Shown here: one piece after another, positions 38,049-47,449 of the stretch
Layout: each line of letters begins with the position of its first letter
How positions within the stretch are numbered: the first letter of the stretch is position 1
NCBI GenBank assembly: GCA_003228115.1
Contig: QEVV01000001.1
Span: forward strand, 467,834 to 531,833
Reading direction: 5' to 3'
Origin: Chloroflexota bacterium
Lineage (GTDB): Bacteria > Chloroflexota > Dehalococcoidia > Lucifugimonadales > SAR202-VII-2
Length of the DNA: 64,000 bases
The notes under the pieces: generated by a model
The model's input: only the letters and a program-made list of their open reading frames with translations
Told to the model about the DNA's origin: nothing
Databases searched by the model: none
Position numbers and translations under genes: made by a program

Positions 38049-38908
38049 GCGCCTCTCCCAAGCAAGCCTCTAGGCCGTACGGCCAAAATCACTGCCATCG
38101 GAACGTAAATGCTGAACCACGCCAACTCAGGATAGTAGGTCTTTGTCGCCGTATCGATCAAGGCTACAAGTATGGCGCCCACGAAGGCGCCCTCAATGTT
38201 CCCTACCCCACCCACGATGACGACCACGAAAGCCAGGATCAGTACTTCAAAGTCCAAGCCGGGGTTGATCCCCAAGAAAGGCGCTCCCATCATGCCGGCG
38301 AAGCCGGCCAGGAACGAACCGAATACAAACACGCCAAGGAAAACCATTGGAGTGTTGATGCCAAGGGCTTGCACCATCAACTTGTCGTCAACGCCGGCCC
38401 GTACCAGTGCCCCAATCTTTGTTCGAGCCACGAATAGGTAGAGCCCAATAGCAAGCACAAGACCCGAGCCCATCAAGAAGAAGCGGTATTTCGGGTAGCT
38501 GATGCCACCAACCAGTTCGACGGGCCCCCTTAGAAAAGCAGGGCCAGGAAAACTGAAGAAGTCAGCACCCCACCTCCACATCGTGAAGTCAGCTATGACA
38601 AGCAACGCACCGAAGGTCAACAGAGCCTGAGGCATCTCGTCCAGCACGGAGAAGCGCTTCAGAAAGCCCCAATAGATAATACCGCCCGCGACGGCAGCCG
38701 TAAGGGATGAGGCCAAGATGGCGAGAGGCGTGTTGCCCGTCGTGCGCCAGACGGTAAGACCGACATAAGCGCCCAGCAAATAGAATGACCCGTGGGTCAT
38801 GTTGAGTACACGCATGAGCCCAAAGGTCAGCGAAAGCCCCGCAGCCACCAAGAAGAGAAGGCTGGCCAGAGAGGCCGTGTTCAGTCCTACTTGCGCGAGG
38901 GTTGTCAT
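38045..38908 (-). CDS. livH: Liv-type ABC permease (LivH-like)
   Basis: GLSLTFGLMRVLNMTHG, VVVIVGGVGN, RPRGLLG. Confidence 0.9.
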   Translation of the reverse strand: MTTLAQVGLNTASLASLLFLVAAGLSLTFGLMRVLNMTHGSFYLLGAYVGLTVWRTTGNTPLAILASSLTAAVAGGIIYWGFLKRFSVLDEMPQALLTFGALLVIADFTMWRWGADFFSFPGPAFLRGPVELVGGISYPKYRFFLMGSGLVLAIGLYLFVARTKIGALVRAGVDDKLMVQALGINTPMVFLGVFVFGSFLAGFAGMMGAPFLGINPGLDFEVLILAFVVVIVGGVGNIEGAFVGAILVALIDTATKTYYPELAWFSIYVPMAVILAVRPRGLLGRGA

Positions 38909-39179
38909 AAAATCTCTTGCTTCCGCCCTGCTTCAAAGGCCACAGAGCGCCCAAGGTCAGCGCGTACTCTGTAGTTCAAAGGATCGGACCAAAGGGATAT
39001 CAGCTAGTCGAGCCTGGACGGGATTATAATGAGCGTTCAGCAGACTAGCAATAGCAAACACCCATCATTGTGAGACTTGCCAGTAGGTCTTTCTTCATGA
39101 ACACCTGCCTGCCTCCGCTTTCACTTCAGGAAAACTCACCGAAGATGCACCCCTTACCCAACTAGTGCGGAGGAAGCCC

Positions 39180-39998
39180 ATGCCGGAGTTCACTGACCTG
39201 GAAATTGTTGAACAAGGGGAGACCGTTCGGATCAATTGCCCCCGCCTCAGCGCCGAACTAGTGCAGGAATTGCTTGGCGTGGGCTGCCACTCTGTAGCCT
39301 GGGGCCCGGACCAGGTGTCCTTCCTACTGAGCGCTGGCGACCTTGACCGGTTCAAGGCCATCTACGAGGCCGGCGGACACGTAACCCTCAACGTCCCCTT
39401 CCGAGTCATCGCCTATTACGACTACATTTCTCCGTTTGCCTACGTCTCCACCGAGTTAGTTAAGCACGTGGAAGCGGCATTCAACATCTATGTTGAGTGG
39501 CGTGGCTTTGAGTTGCGGCCTCGCTGGTCCCAGTACCCGGATGTCGCCGCCGACCCCGTGCGTTCTCAGGCACGCTGGGCCATGCAAAAGGACACCGTTC
39601 GACGTTGGGGACTGCCCATCGCAGAGGACCGCCCTCCCTTCCGCCTTCGTACTCGCACCGCCCTTATGGCCAGCGAGTACGCCAAGGAAAACGGCCGCTT
39701 TCGAGAGTTCCAGAGGGCCATGTACACCGCCTACTACGTCACGCACGAGGACATTCGTGACCTCTCGGTGATTGCCCGCATCGCAGAGGGCCTGGGCCTC
39801 AACGGCACGGACCTGGTTTCCTCGGTGATGGAGCGCCGATTCGAGCAGAGGATGGAGCAGTGGCGACGCGAGGCGGAAGCAGACCTGGTCTTCGGCGTCC
39901 CCACGTTCAAAGTGGGCACAACGATCATCTGGGGGCGAGAAGCCTTAGAGGATCTATCACAGGCGTTAGAAGCAGCAGGCGCACAGCAACGGACATAG
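39180..39998 (+). CDS. DsbA/FrnE/HCCA-isomerase-like thioredoxin-fold protein with an N-terminal extension
   Basis: YYDYISPFAY, VFGVPTF, IWGRE. Confidence 0.78.
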   Translation: MPEFTDLEIVEQGETVRINCPRLSAELVQELLGVGCHSVAWGPDQVSFLLSAGDLDRFKAIYEAGGHVTLNVPFRVIAYYDYISPFAYVSTELVKHVEAAFNIYVEWRGFELRPRWSQYPDVAADPVRSQARWAMQKDTVRRWGLPIAEDRPPFRLRTRTALMASEYAKENGRFREFQRAMYTAYYVTHEDIRDLSVIARIAEGLGLNGTDLVSSVMERRFEQRMEQWRREAEADLVFGVPTFKVGTTIIWGREALEDLSQALEAAGAQQRT

Positions 39999-40018
39999 AC
40001 CCCCAGGACAACAGTGCC

Positions 40019-40855
40019 TCAGGCGTCGATGGTCTGGCCGCCATCTACTGCCAGTGCATGCCCCGTGACGAACGAGGCCTCATCAGAAGCCAGGAACAAC
40101 ATGCCATAGGCAATCTCTTCAGGGTTGGCCAGGCGCTGAAGACAGCGGTTACGGCTAGCTGAGGCCTGAAGAGCCGCTTGGCCTTCCTCGGCACTCTTGC
40201 CTTCCGTCAGGTTTCGCAGCAATCGGGGCGTAGCCGTGCCTCCAGGGCAAACGCAGTTCACCCGGATCCCCATTTGACCGTAATCAATAGCCATACTGCG
40301 GGTCAGTAGCACAACGCCACCCTTGGAAGCAGAGTAAGCAGCGTAGTCGTTGGTTCCCAATAGACCATGAGTCGAAGCGGTGTTCACGATGCTCCCTTTG
40401 CCTTGGGCCATCATGTGAGGTAGGGCAGCCTTAGAGCAAAGAAACATCGAAGTCAGGTTGATGTTGATGAGGCGTTTGAACTCTTCCTCGGTCAATTGAT
40501 CGACGCGCCCCCGTATGCCCGTACCCGCGTTGTTCAGAAGAATGTCCAGGCCTCCAAATCGCTCGAGGGCCAGCGCAACCATGCCTTGGCAGCTTTCGGC
40601 AGATGTGACGTCTGCCTGGAGAAAGACGGCGTCGCCCCCCTCTGACTGGATCAAAGCGTCTATGCGAGGAGTAATCGATTCAGCCAAGTCTACGCAAACC
40701 AGCTTGGCCCCCTCGCGAGCAAACAAACGCGCCGCGGCCCGCCCGATGCCGCTGTTGGCTCCGGTGATGATGGCCACCTTGCCAGCCAGCCGGCCTCGGC
40801 CAGAGCCCATCATGGGGTGTTCATCAGTGGTGGGGGAGGACGCTGCAGATGTCAC
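40019..40855 (-). CDS. SDR array copy 6
   Basis: DEHPMMGSGRGR, TGANSGIG, NNAG, YSASK; GTG start with AAGGAG. Confidence 0.92.
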   Translation of the reverse strand: MTSAASSPTTDEHPMMGSGRGRLAGKVAIITGANSGIGRAAARLFAREGAKLVCVDLAESITPRIDALIQSEGGDAVFLQADVTSAESCQGMVALALERFGGLDILLNNAGTGIRGRVDQLTEEEFKRLININLTSMFLCSKAALPHMMAQGKGSIVNTASTHGLLGTNDYAAYSASKGGVVLLTRSMAIDYGQMGIRVNCVCPGGTATPRLLRNLTEGKSAEEGQAALQASASRNRCLQRLANPEEIAYGMLFLASDEASFVTGHALAVDGGQTIDA

Positions 40856-40889
40856 GATTACTCCTTTTCGCGCGAATGCCTCGGAGAAC

Positions 40890-41708
40890 CTACGCTTGAA
40901 TCGTCTGTCCGCCATCCAGGGCTAGGGCGTGACCGGTAACAAACGACGCTTCATCAGAGGCGAGGAAAAGCATACCGTAGGCAATTTCCTCAGGCATGGC
41001 CGCTCGCTGCAAGCAGCGGTTCTTCTTGGCAATTTCCTCAATGGGAACGCCCCGCCGAGCGATGTTCCCCAGTAGCAGCGGCGTGGCAGTCACACCGGGG
41101 CAAACGCAGTTCACACGTATCCCCATCGGACCGTAGTCGATTGCCATGCTTCGGGTCAGAAGAATCACACCAGCCTTCGAAGAGCAGTAGGCGGCGTTGT
41201 CGTTGGTTGCCAGGATTCCGTAGGTAGAGGCCGTGTTGATGATGCTCCCCTTGCCCTGCGCCATCATATGAGGCAGCACAGCCTTGGAGCCCAGAAACAC
41301 GGAGGTCAAGTTGACGTCCAAAAGGCCCTTCCAGTCTTCCTCAGAAAGGACGTCCACTCGCCCTCGGGCCGTTTTTCCCGCGTTGTTGAGGAGAATGTCC
41401 AGGCCCCCAAACCGCTCCAGGGCCAGCGCTACCATGCCCTGACAACTCTCGGATGAGGTCACGTCGGCCTGGAAGAAGACTGCCTCGCCACCCTCGCTCC
41501 GAATCAATGCGTCGATGCGCGGGGCGACCACGTCAGCCATGTCCACACAGACGATCTTCGCACCCTCGCGGGCAAAGAGTCGGGCAGCCGCCCGGCCAAT
41601 ACCACTGTTGGCCCCCGTAATGACGGCGACCTTGCCTTCCAAGCGGCCGCGGCCAGGGCCCATCATGGGGTGTTCGTCAGTACTTGTTGAGGACGCCTGG
41701 GAGGTCAT
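40890..41708 (-). CDS. SDR array copy 5
   Basis: DEHPMMGPGRGR, TGANSGIG, YCSSK. Confidence 0.92.
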   Translation of the reverse strand: MTSQASSTSTDEHPMMGPGRGRLEGKVAVITGANSGIGRAAARLFAREGAKIVCVDMADVVAPRIDALIRSEGGEAVFFQADVTSSESCQGMVALALERFGGLDILLNNAGKTARGRVDVLSEEDWKGLLDVNLTSVFLGSKAVLPHMMAQGKGSIINTASTYGILATNDNAAYCSSKAGVILLTRSMAIDYGPMGIRVNCVCPGVTATPLLLGNIARRGVPIEEIAKKNRCLQRAAMPEEIAYGMLFLASDEASFVTGHALALDGGQTIQA

Positions 41709-41738
41709 GAATGAACTCTTCGCAGCAGCGCCAAACGC

Positions 41739-42575
41739 CTAGGCGTCAATGGTCTGCCCACCGTCCACAGCCAGCGCGTGCCCAGTAACGAACGAGGCTT
41801 CGTCTGAGGCCAAGAAGAGCATGCCGTAGGCAATTTCCTCGGGTCTGGCTAAACGCAGTAGGCATCGGTTGATGCCTGCTGCGGCCTGGATGGAAGCCTC
41901 TGCATCCTCGGGGCTTTTGCCCTGCGTTAGGTTGCGCAGGAGCCTTGGCGTCGCCGTAGCGCCGGGGCAGACACAGTTCACTCGGATGCCCATAGGGCCG
42001 TAGTCGATAGCCATGCTTCGGGTCAACAGCACGACGCCGCCCTTGGAAGCGCAGTATGCCGAATAGCTCTCAGTCGCCAGCAGCCCGAAGGTAGACGCGG
42101 TGTTGATGATGCTGCCGCGGCCTTGCGCCATCATATGGGGCAGCGCCGCCTTGGAGCCCAGGAAGACCGAACTCAGGTTGATATCGAGGAGGCGCTTCCA
42201 GTCTGCCTCGTCGAGCTGGTCGACCCGACCCCGTATGCCTGTGCCAGCGTTGTTGAGGAGAATGTCCAGGCCCCCGAAACTCTCCAGCGCCTGGGCCACC
42301 ATGCCCTGGCAGCTCTCGGCAGACGTAACGTCGGCTTGGAAGAAAACGGCCTCGCCGCCATCGCTTTGAATGAGAGCATCAATCCGGGGAGTGATAACCT
42401 CCACGAGATCCACACAAACGACCTTGGCGCCCTCCCGAGCAAACAGCCTGGCCGTGGCGCGCCCAATCCCACTATTGGCCCCCGTGATGATGGCAACTTT
42501 ACCTTCCAAACGGCCCCTGCCTGGACCAAGTCCGGGATGCTCGTCAATGCCGGGTGAAGATGTTGTCGATGTCAT
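41739..42575 (-). CDS. SDR array copy 4
   Basis: DEHPGLGPGRGR, TGANSGIG, YCASK. Confidence 0.92.
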   Translation of the reverse strand: MTSTTSSPGIDEHPGLGPGRGRLEGKVAIITGANSGIGRATARLFAREGAKVVCVDLVEVITPRIDALIQSDGGEAVFFQADVTSAESCQGMVAQALESFGGLDILLNNAGTGIRGRVDQLDEADWKRLLDINLSSVFLGSKAALPHMMAQGRGSIINTASTFGLLATESYSAYCASKGGVVLLTRSMAIDYGPMGIRVNCVCPGATATPRLLRNLTQGKSPEDAEASIQAAAGINRCLLRLARPEEIAYGMLFLASDEASFVTGHALAVDGGQTIDA

Positions 42576-42607
42576 TTAGATCCTCCGCCGCAGGAATACG
42601 TTGCCCC

Positions 42608-43444
42608 TTAAGCCTTGATTGTCTGCCCACCATCCACACACAGCGCGTGGCCAGTCACGAAAGAAGCTTCGTCAGAAGCCAGGAACAACATGCCGTAGGC
42701 GATCTCTTCGGGGTTGGCCAATCGCTTGAGCGCGTGATTGCTATCGGCCACAGCTTTGAGTGCGGCCACCCCCTCCTCTGGACTCTTGCCCCGCAAAACG
42801 CCCCCAATCATCCGATCCGTTGCGGTGGCGCCGGGGCATAGGCAATTGACCCTGATACCCATCGGCCCATAGTCGATAGCCATGCTCCGGGTCAGTAGAA
42901 TTACTGCCGCCTTTGACGCGCAATAGGCAGCGTACCTGCTGAACGCCAGCAGACCGAACGTAGACGCCGTGTTAATTATGCTCCCACGGCCCTTCTCCAT
43001 CATGTGCGGCAGTGCCGCCTTCGAGCCCAGGAAAGCAGAGTTGAGGTTGATGTCGATAATACGGTTCCAGTCTTCGAGAGAGGTCTCGTCGACCCGGCCG
43101 AAGACACCTGTGCCGGCGTTGTTCACCAAGACATCCAAGCCACCAAAGCGTTCCAAGGCCAGTGCAACCATCGCCTGGCAGCTTTCGGAGGATGTCACAT
43201 CTGCTTGAAAGAAAACGGCATCGCCGCCCTCGCTCTCAATCAATACGTCGATGCGGGGGGCAACGACCTCCACCAAGTCCACACAGACGACTTTGGCCCC
43301 TTCCCGGGCGAACTGGCGGGCTGCCGCCCGGCCAATGCCACTGTTGGCCCCGGTAATGACGGCGACCTTCCCCTCAAGCCGACCCCTGCCGGGGCCCATC
43401 ATGGGGTGCTCATCGATGTTGGGAGAAGAAGCCGCCGATGTCAT
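42608..43444 (-). CDS. SDR array copy 3
   Basis: DEHPMMGPGRGR, TGANSGIG, YCASK. Confidence 0.92.
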   Translation of the reverse strand: MTSAASSPNIDEHPMMGPGRGRLEGKVAVITGANSGIGRAAARQFAREGAKVVCVDLVEVVAPRIDVLIESEGGDAVFFQADVTSSESCQAMVALALERFGGLDVLVNNAGTGVFGRVDETSLEDWNRIIDINLNSAFLGSKAALPHMMEKGRGSIINTASTFGLLAFSRYAAYCASKAAVILLTRSMAIDYGPMGIRVNCLCPGATATDRMIGGVLRGKSPEEGVAALKAVADSNHALKRLANPEEIAYGMLFLASDEASFVTGHALCVDGGQTIKA

Positions 43445-43477
43445 CTCGACCCTCTCAGCACAATTTTGCTCGCGGGC

Positions 43478-44308
43478 CTAAGCGTCTGTCGTTTGACCGC
43501 CATCTACCGCCAAAGCGTGCCCGGTGACGAAGGACGCCTCATCAGAGGCGAGGAAGAGCATGCCGTAGGCAATCTCCTCTGGGTGCGCCAGTCGTTGGAT
43601 TGCCCTGTTGATATCCCCGGCCGCCTTCACAGACGCGGCAGCCTCTTCAGGGCTCTTACCCTCCGTCAGAATCCTGAGCAACCGCGGCGTAGCTGTTCCT
43701 CCGGGGCAGATGCAATTGACCCTGATTCCCATGGTGCCGTAATCGATGGCCATGCTCCTGGTTAAGAGCACAACACCACCCTTGGACGCGCTATACACCG
43801 CGTAACTGGCCGTGCCCAGCAAACCAAAGGTGGAAGCTGTATTGACGATGCTTCCCTTCCCCTGGGCCATCATGTGCGGCAGCGCAGCCTTGGACCCCAA
43901 GAACACGCCCGTAAGGTTGAGGTTTACGATCTTCTTCCAGTCTTCTTCTGATAGTTGGTCCACCCGGCCCCACACCCCGGCCCCTGCGTTGTTGACCAAA
44001 ATGTCCAAATCGCCGTAGCGCTCCAGGGCCGTATTCACCATTCCCTGGCAACTCTCAAACGACGTAACGTCGCCCTTGTAAAAAACGGCATCGCCACCTT
44101 CCCCTTGAATCAGGGCGTCGACCCGAGGGGACACGTCCTCCACGAGATCGACAGCGACCACCTTGGCGCCTTCGCGGGCGAAGAGCCTGGCCGTAGCCCG
44201 ACCGATGCCGCTATTGGCTCCAGTTATTGCAGCGACTTTACCTTCCAAACGGCCCCTGCCCGGCCCCATCATGGGGTGTTCATCATTACTTGGTGACGCT
44301 GATGTCAT
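43478..44308 (-). CDS. SDR array copy 2
   Basis: DEHPMMGPGRGR, TGANSGIG, YSASK. Confidence 0.92.
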   Translation of the reverse strand: MTSASPSNDEHPMMGPGRGRLEGKVAAITGANSGIGRATARLFAREGAKVVAVDLVEDVSPRVDALIQGEGGDAVFYKGDVTSFESCQGMVNTALERYGDLDILVNNAGAGVWGRVDQLSEEDWKKIVNLNLTGVFLGSKAALPHMMAQGKGSIVNTASTFGLLGTASYAVYSASKGGVVLLTRSMAIDYGTMGIRVNCICPGGTATPRLLRILTEGKSPEEAAASVKAAGDINRAIQRLAHPEEIAYGMLFLASDEASFVTGHALAVDGGQTTDA

Positions 44309-44359
44309 GGTTCCTCCCTATTGTTCTTTGTTTGAATTGCCGCTCTGACCCTAGCAAGT

Positions 44360-45178
44360 CTAGGCGTCGATGGTCTGGCCGCCGTCTACCGCCAGAGCGT
44401 GCCCCGTCACAAAGGAGGCCTCGTCGGAAGCTAGGAACAGCATGCCGTACGCAATCTCCTCCGGTCGTCCCAAACGAAGCACGGCCCGGTTGATCTTTGC
44501 TGCTTCGGCTATGGCTGCCTCAGGATCGGGCTGTGAGTCGAAGAAGCGAAGGAGCCTTGGCGTAGCGGTGGCTCCGGGGCAAACACAGTTAACCCGAATA
44601 CCCATCACACCGTAGTCAATGGCCATACTGCGGGTCAGCAGGACCACCCCGCCCTTGGAAGCGCAGTAGGCCGCGTAGTCCTCAGAAGCGAGCAAACCGA
44701 AGGTGGAGGCCGTGTTGATGATGCTGCCTCGCCCCTTTTCCATCATGTGGGGCAGGGCCGCCTGGCTACCGTTGAAAACGCTGTTCAGGTTCGTGTCCAG
44801 CACCAGCTGCCACTGATCGAGGGACAATTGGTCCACCCGGCCTCTGATGCCCGTGCCCGCGTTGTTGACCAGGATGTGCAGGTCACCGTAGTTGTCGAGT
44901 GCGGTGGATACCATGCGGTCGCAGTCTTTGCGGTCGGTTACGTTTACGTTGACGAACGTGCACTCCCCACCTTGGCTCTTGATGAGATCATCTATGCGAG
45001 GCTGGATGTCCTCAACGAAGTCGACTGCCACCACCTTCGCACCCTCTCTGGCGAACAAATCGGCGGTTGCCCTTCCAATACCGCTATTGGCGCCGGTCAC
45101 AATAGCGACCTTGCCCTCCAACCTGCCTCGACCGGGTCCAAGGCCTGGATGCTCCTGCGCCGTCGATTGTGTTGTCAC
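44360..45178 (-). CDS. SDR array copy 1
   Basis: QEHPGLGPGRGR, TGANSGIG, YCASK. Confidence 0.92.
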   Translation of the reverse strand: MTTQSTAQEHPGLGPGRGRLEGKVAIVTGANSGIGRATADLFAREGAKVVAVDFVEDIQPRIDDLIKSQGGECTFVNVNVTDRKDCDRMVSTALDNYGDLHILVNNAGTGIRGRVDQLSLDQWQLVLDTNLNSVFNGSQAALPHMMEKGRGSIINTASTFGLLASEDYAAYCASKGGVVLLTRSMAIDYGVMGIRVNCVCPGATATPRLLRFFDSQPDPEAAIAEAAKINRAVLRLGRPEEIAYGMLFLASDEASFVTGHALAVDGGQTIDA

Positions 45179-45292
45179 AACGTTGCTCCTTACTCAATCT
45201 ATCTGTTTGGAGTTATTGCAGTTGGGCCTGCCCCGACAACGATACGCCCTACTGAGGCGGAGCAGGCCCAAGTTTTTTGCGAATAGTCTTTG

Positions 45293-46417
45293 CTATGCGC
45301 CGTTGATGCCGTACAACGCCCTGGGGTTGTCAATAAGGATCTTGTTCTTGACCTCTTCTGAAATGTCAGGACGTCGCTTCAAGTCGGGCACAATGCCATC
45401 TTCTCTCGACTGATCCTGGTGACCGTAGTCCGAACCGATGATGATGTTGTCCTCGCCAATGAAGTTCAGGAGGTAGCCGATGTCTTCATCGACCTCCGTG
45501 GCCACATAGAGGCGATAGTCGCGGAAGAGCTGCGGCCCCCACCACTTGCCCCAGTCGGGCCCGGTGGCGGTTACCTGGAACCCAGCCTTGGAGGAGCGCC
45601 TAAGCAGGTGCATGACGTAGGGCACCCAGGAGGACGCCGCCTCAACAAAGGCGAAGCGCAACTCTGGGAACTTCTCCGGGATCTTGTTGGCGACGATATC
45701 CCGAAAGGCAAACAGGGGCATGACCCGAACGTGAGGGAAGACAGAGCTATAGCTGATATCGATGAGCTTGGTCAGGGCGGGAACGCCGCCCCCGGTGTGG
45801 AAGCAGATGGGCAAACCCGCCTTCTGAGCAGCTTCATAGATGGGAAAGAAGTAAGGCTCAGCCACCGATCGAGAGCCCTCAATACCCCGGAAGAGCAAGC
45901 CCACAGCCCCGTTGGCCTTGACGAAATCAATCTCTTCTATCGTCGCCTCGACCGAGCGCAAGGGAACGGGGGCCACCCAACGGATGCGGTTCTCTCCCTT
46001 GGCCCAAACATCCGCCATGTAGCGGTTGTAGGCTCGGCATAGGGCGATCTCGAGTTCCACGTCGTCAGTCAAGTACATGATGAACATCGTGGGGTAGACC
46101 ACCTCGACACCACAGTCCCGCTCGTCCATCGCCTTGAGACGCCCTGGCACGTCCATAATGCCCCGTACGGCAGAGGGAATGTCCGTTCGAGACTCTTCCT
46201 TGATACCTCCAGGGACATGCAGGCCGAAACTGCCCTTGCCCTTGGGCCGTGGGTAGATTTCCCCGTCTATGAGCCAGAACGCGTTGAACTCGCCGTACCA
46301 CGTGTCGGCGGGAGCAATGAGCCGAACAGGACGCCGCTCATACCACTCCTTGTCCATGTACTCCCAGATGCCCGGGTGCTCGATGATATGCGTATCAGCG
46401 TCAACAATGCTCGCCAT
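45293..46417 (-). CDS. Amidohydrolase_2 family protein (ACMSD/LigW-like hydratase/decarboxylase)
   Basis: VDADTH, YPT, CFHTG, VEAASSW, GSDYGH. Confidence 0.88.
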   Translation of the reverse strand: MASIVDADTHIIEHPGIWEYMDKEWYERRPVRLIAPADTWYGEFNAFWLIDGEIYPRPKGKGSFGLHVPGGIKEESRTDIPSAVRGIMDVPGRLKAMDERDCGVEVVYPTMFIMYLTDDVELEIALCRAYNRYMADVWAKGENRIRWVAPVPLRSVEATIEEIDFVKANGAVGLLFRGIEGSRSVAEPYFFPIYEAAQKAGLPICFHTGGGVPALTKLIDISYSSVFPHVRVMPLFAFRDIVANKIPEKFPELRFAFVEAASSWVPYVMHLLRRSSKAGFQVTATGPDWGKWWGPQLFRDYRLYVATEVDEDIGYLLNFIGEDNIIIGSDYGHQDQSREDGIVPDLKRRPDISEEVKNKILIDNPRALYGINGA

Positions 46418-46534
46418 GCTGGATACCTCCCTCGTTGTCTTCGTCTTTCCTTGTCATTGGTGGCGAGTCAGACCCGCCAAGTGGACAGCTATGTTATGGC
46501 AGCGCAGCCGGGGACTGTCAAGGGAACGATTGGC

Positions 46535-47440
46535 TCACCTCACAACCAGAGCCGCCGTGCCGCCGACAATCATTGCAATGGCCGTCAACTTCAAGGCCAG
46601 TATCCGTGGCGTGAGGAGTTCGTAGACCAAGCGGGGCGTTAGCCGACTTCCAACTACTACGAAGATAAAAACGAACAGCGGCCGTGTGGCGTTCAGTGCC
46701 GAGGCCCCCGACACCGGACCCGCCACAAACGAGGCAAACAATAGGTAAGACCCTACCAATGCCATTAATGTGTCCGCCGCGAAGAGCACCAGGTTTGGAG
46801 GACGGTTCCGCACGATGGCCCAGGCCTCCCTCACAGAGTCTCGGCTGGTCGACACAGACAAGATAGCCACGCCGACGGCGAAGAAGTTGATGGTGAACAC
46901 CTGAACGGTGGACATCTCTGAAAGAGCGTCCTTGCCAAGGAAGTTCGATGCCCCCACTGCGAGGCTGGACAGCGTGAGCAGGAAAAAGGACGACCCCAGG
47001 AAACCGCCCAGCGCTCCCGGAGTGCGGCGGGCCGACAAAAGTACGGCCCCGGCGACAATCACGACGATGGCCACCCAATCCAGTACTCCGACCTGCTCGT
47101 TTAGAAACAGGGCCGCTAGTATTGCGACGAAGATCGGGTATGTCTGGGTAACTGGTAGGGCTCTGGAGACCTCCTCCTTTCGCAGCACCCAGAAGAGGAT
47201 CGCCAGGGACAAGCCACGGATGAGTCCGGATGCCACGGCCGCGCCAATGGCCCGTAGCGAATAGGACGAGTAGGACGGATCAGCGATAAAGAAAGGGATA
47301 CAAATCAGGACGCCAAAGACGCCCATGATGAACAAAATGGACCGGGTATTCCGGGACAGATGGTCGACTATGTATTTGTCAAGAATGCTGACGAGGCCAA
47401 ATATGGCCGCGCTAAGCAGCGCAAGAATGGCCCAATCCAT
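46535..47440 (-). CDS. EamA/DMT family transporter
   Basis: About 10 hydrophobic segments; EEVSRA..YPIFVAILAALFLNE. Confidence 0.85.
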   Translation of the reverse strand: MDWAILALLSAAIFGLVSILDKYIVDHLSRNTRSILFIMGVFGVLICIPFFIADPSYSSYSLRAIGAAVASGLIRGLSLAILFWVLRKEEVSRALPVTQTYPIFVAILAALFLNEQVGVLDWVAIVVIVAGAVLLSARRTPGALGGFLGSSFFLLTLSSLAVGASNFLGKDALSEMSTVQVFTINFFAVGVAILSVSTSRDSVREAWAIVRNRPPNLVLFAADTLMALVGSYLLFASFVAGPVSGASALNATRPLFVFIFVVVGSRLTPRLVYELLTPRILALKLTAIAMIVGGTAALVVR

Positions 47441-47449
47441 AGGGAACCT

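Noticed and set aside
40019-45178. SDR array as an assembly artefact or diversity-generating retroelement target
   Set aside because: Copies differ throughout, including synonymous sites and spacers; no reverse transcriptase or TR/VR pair seen
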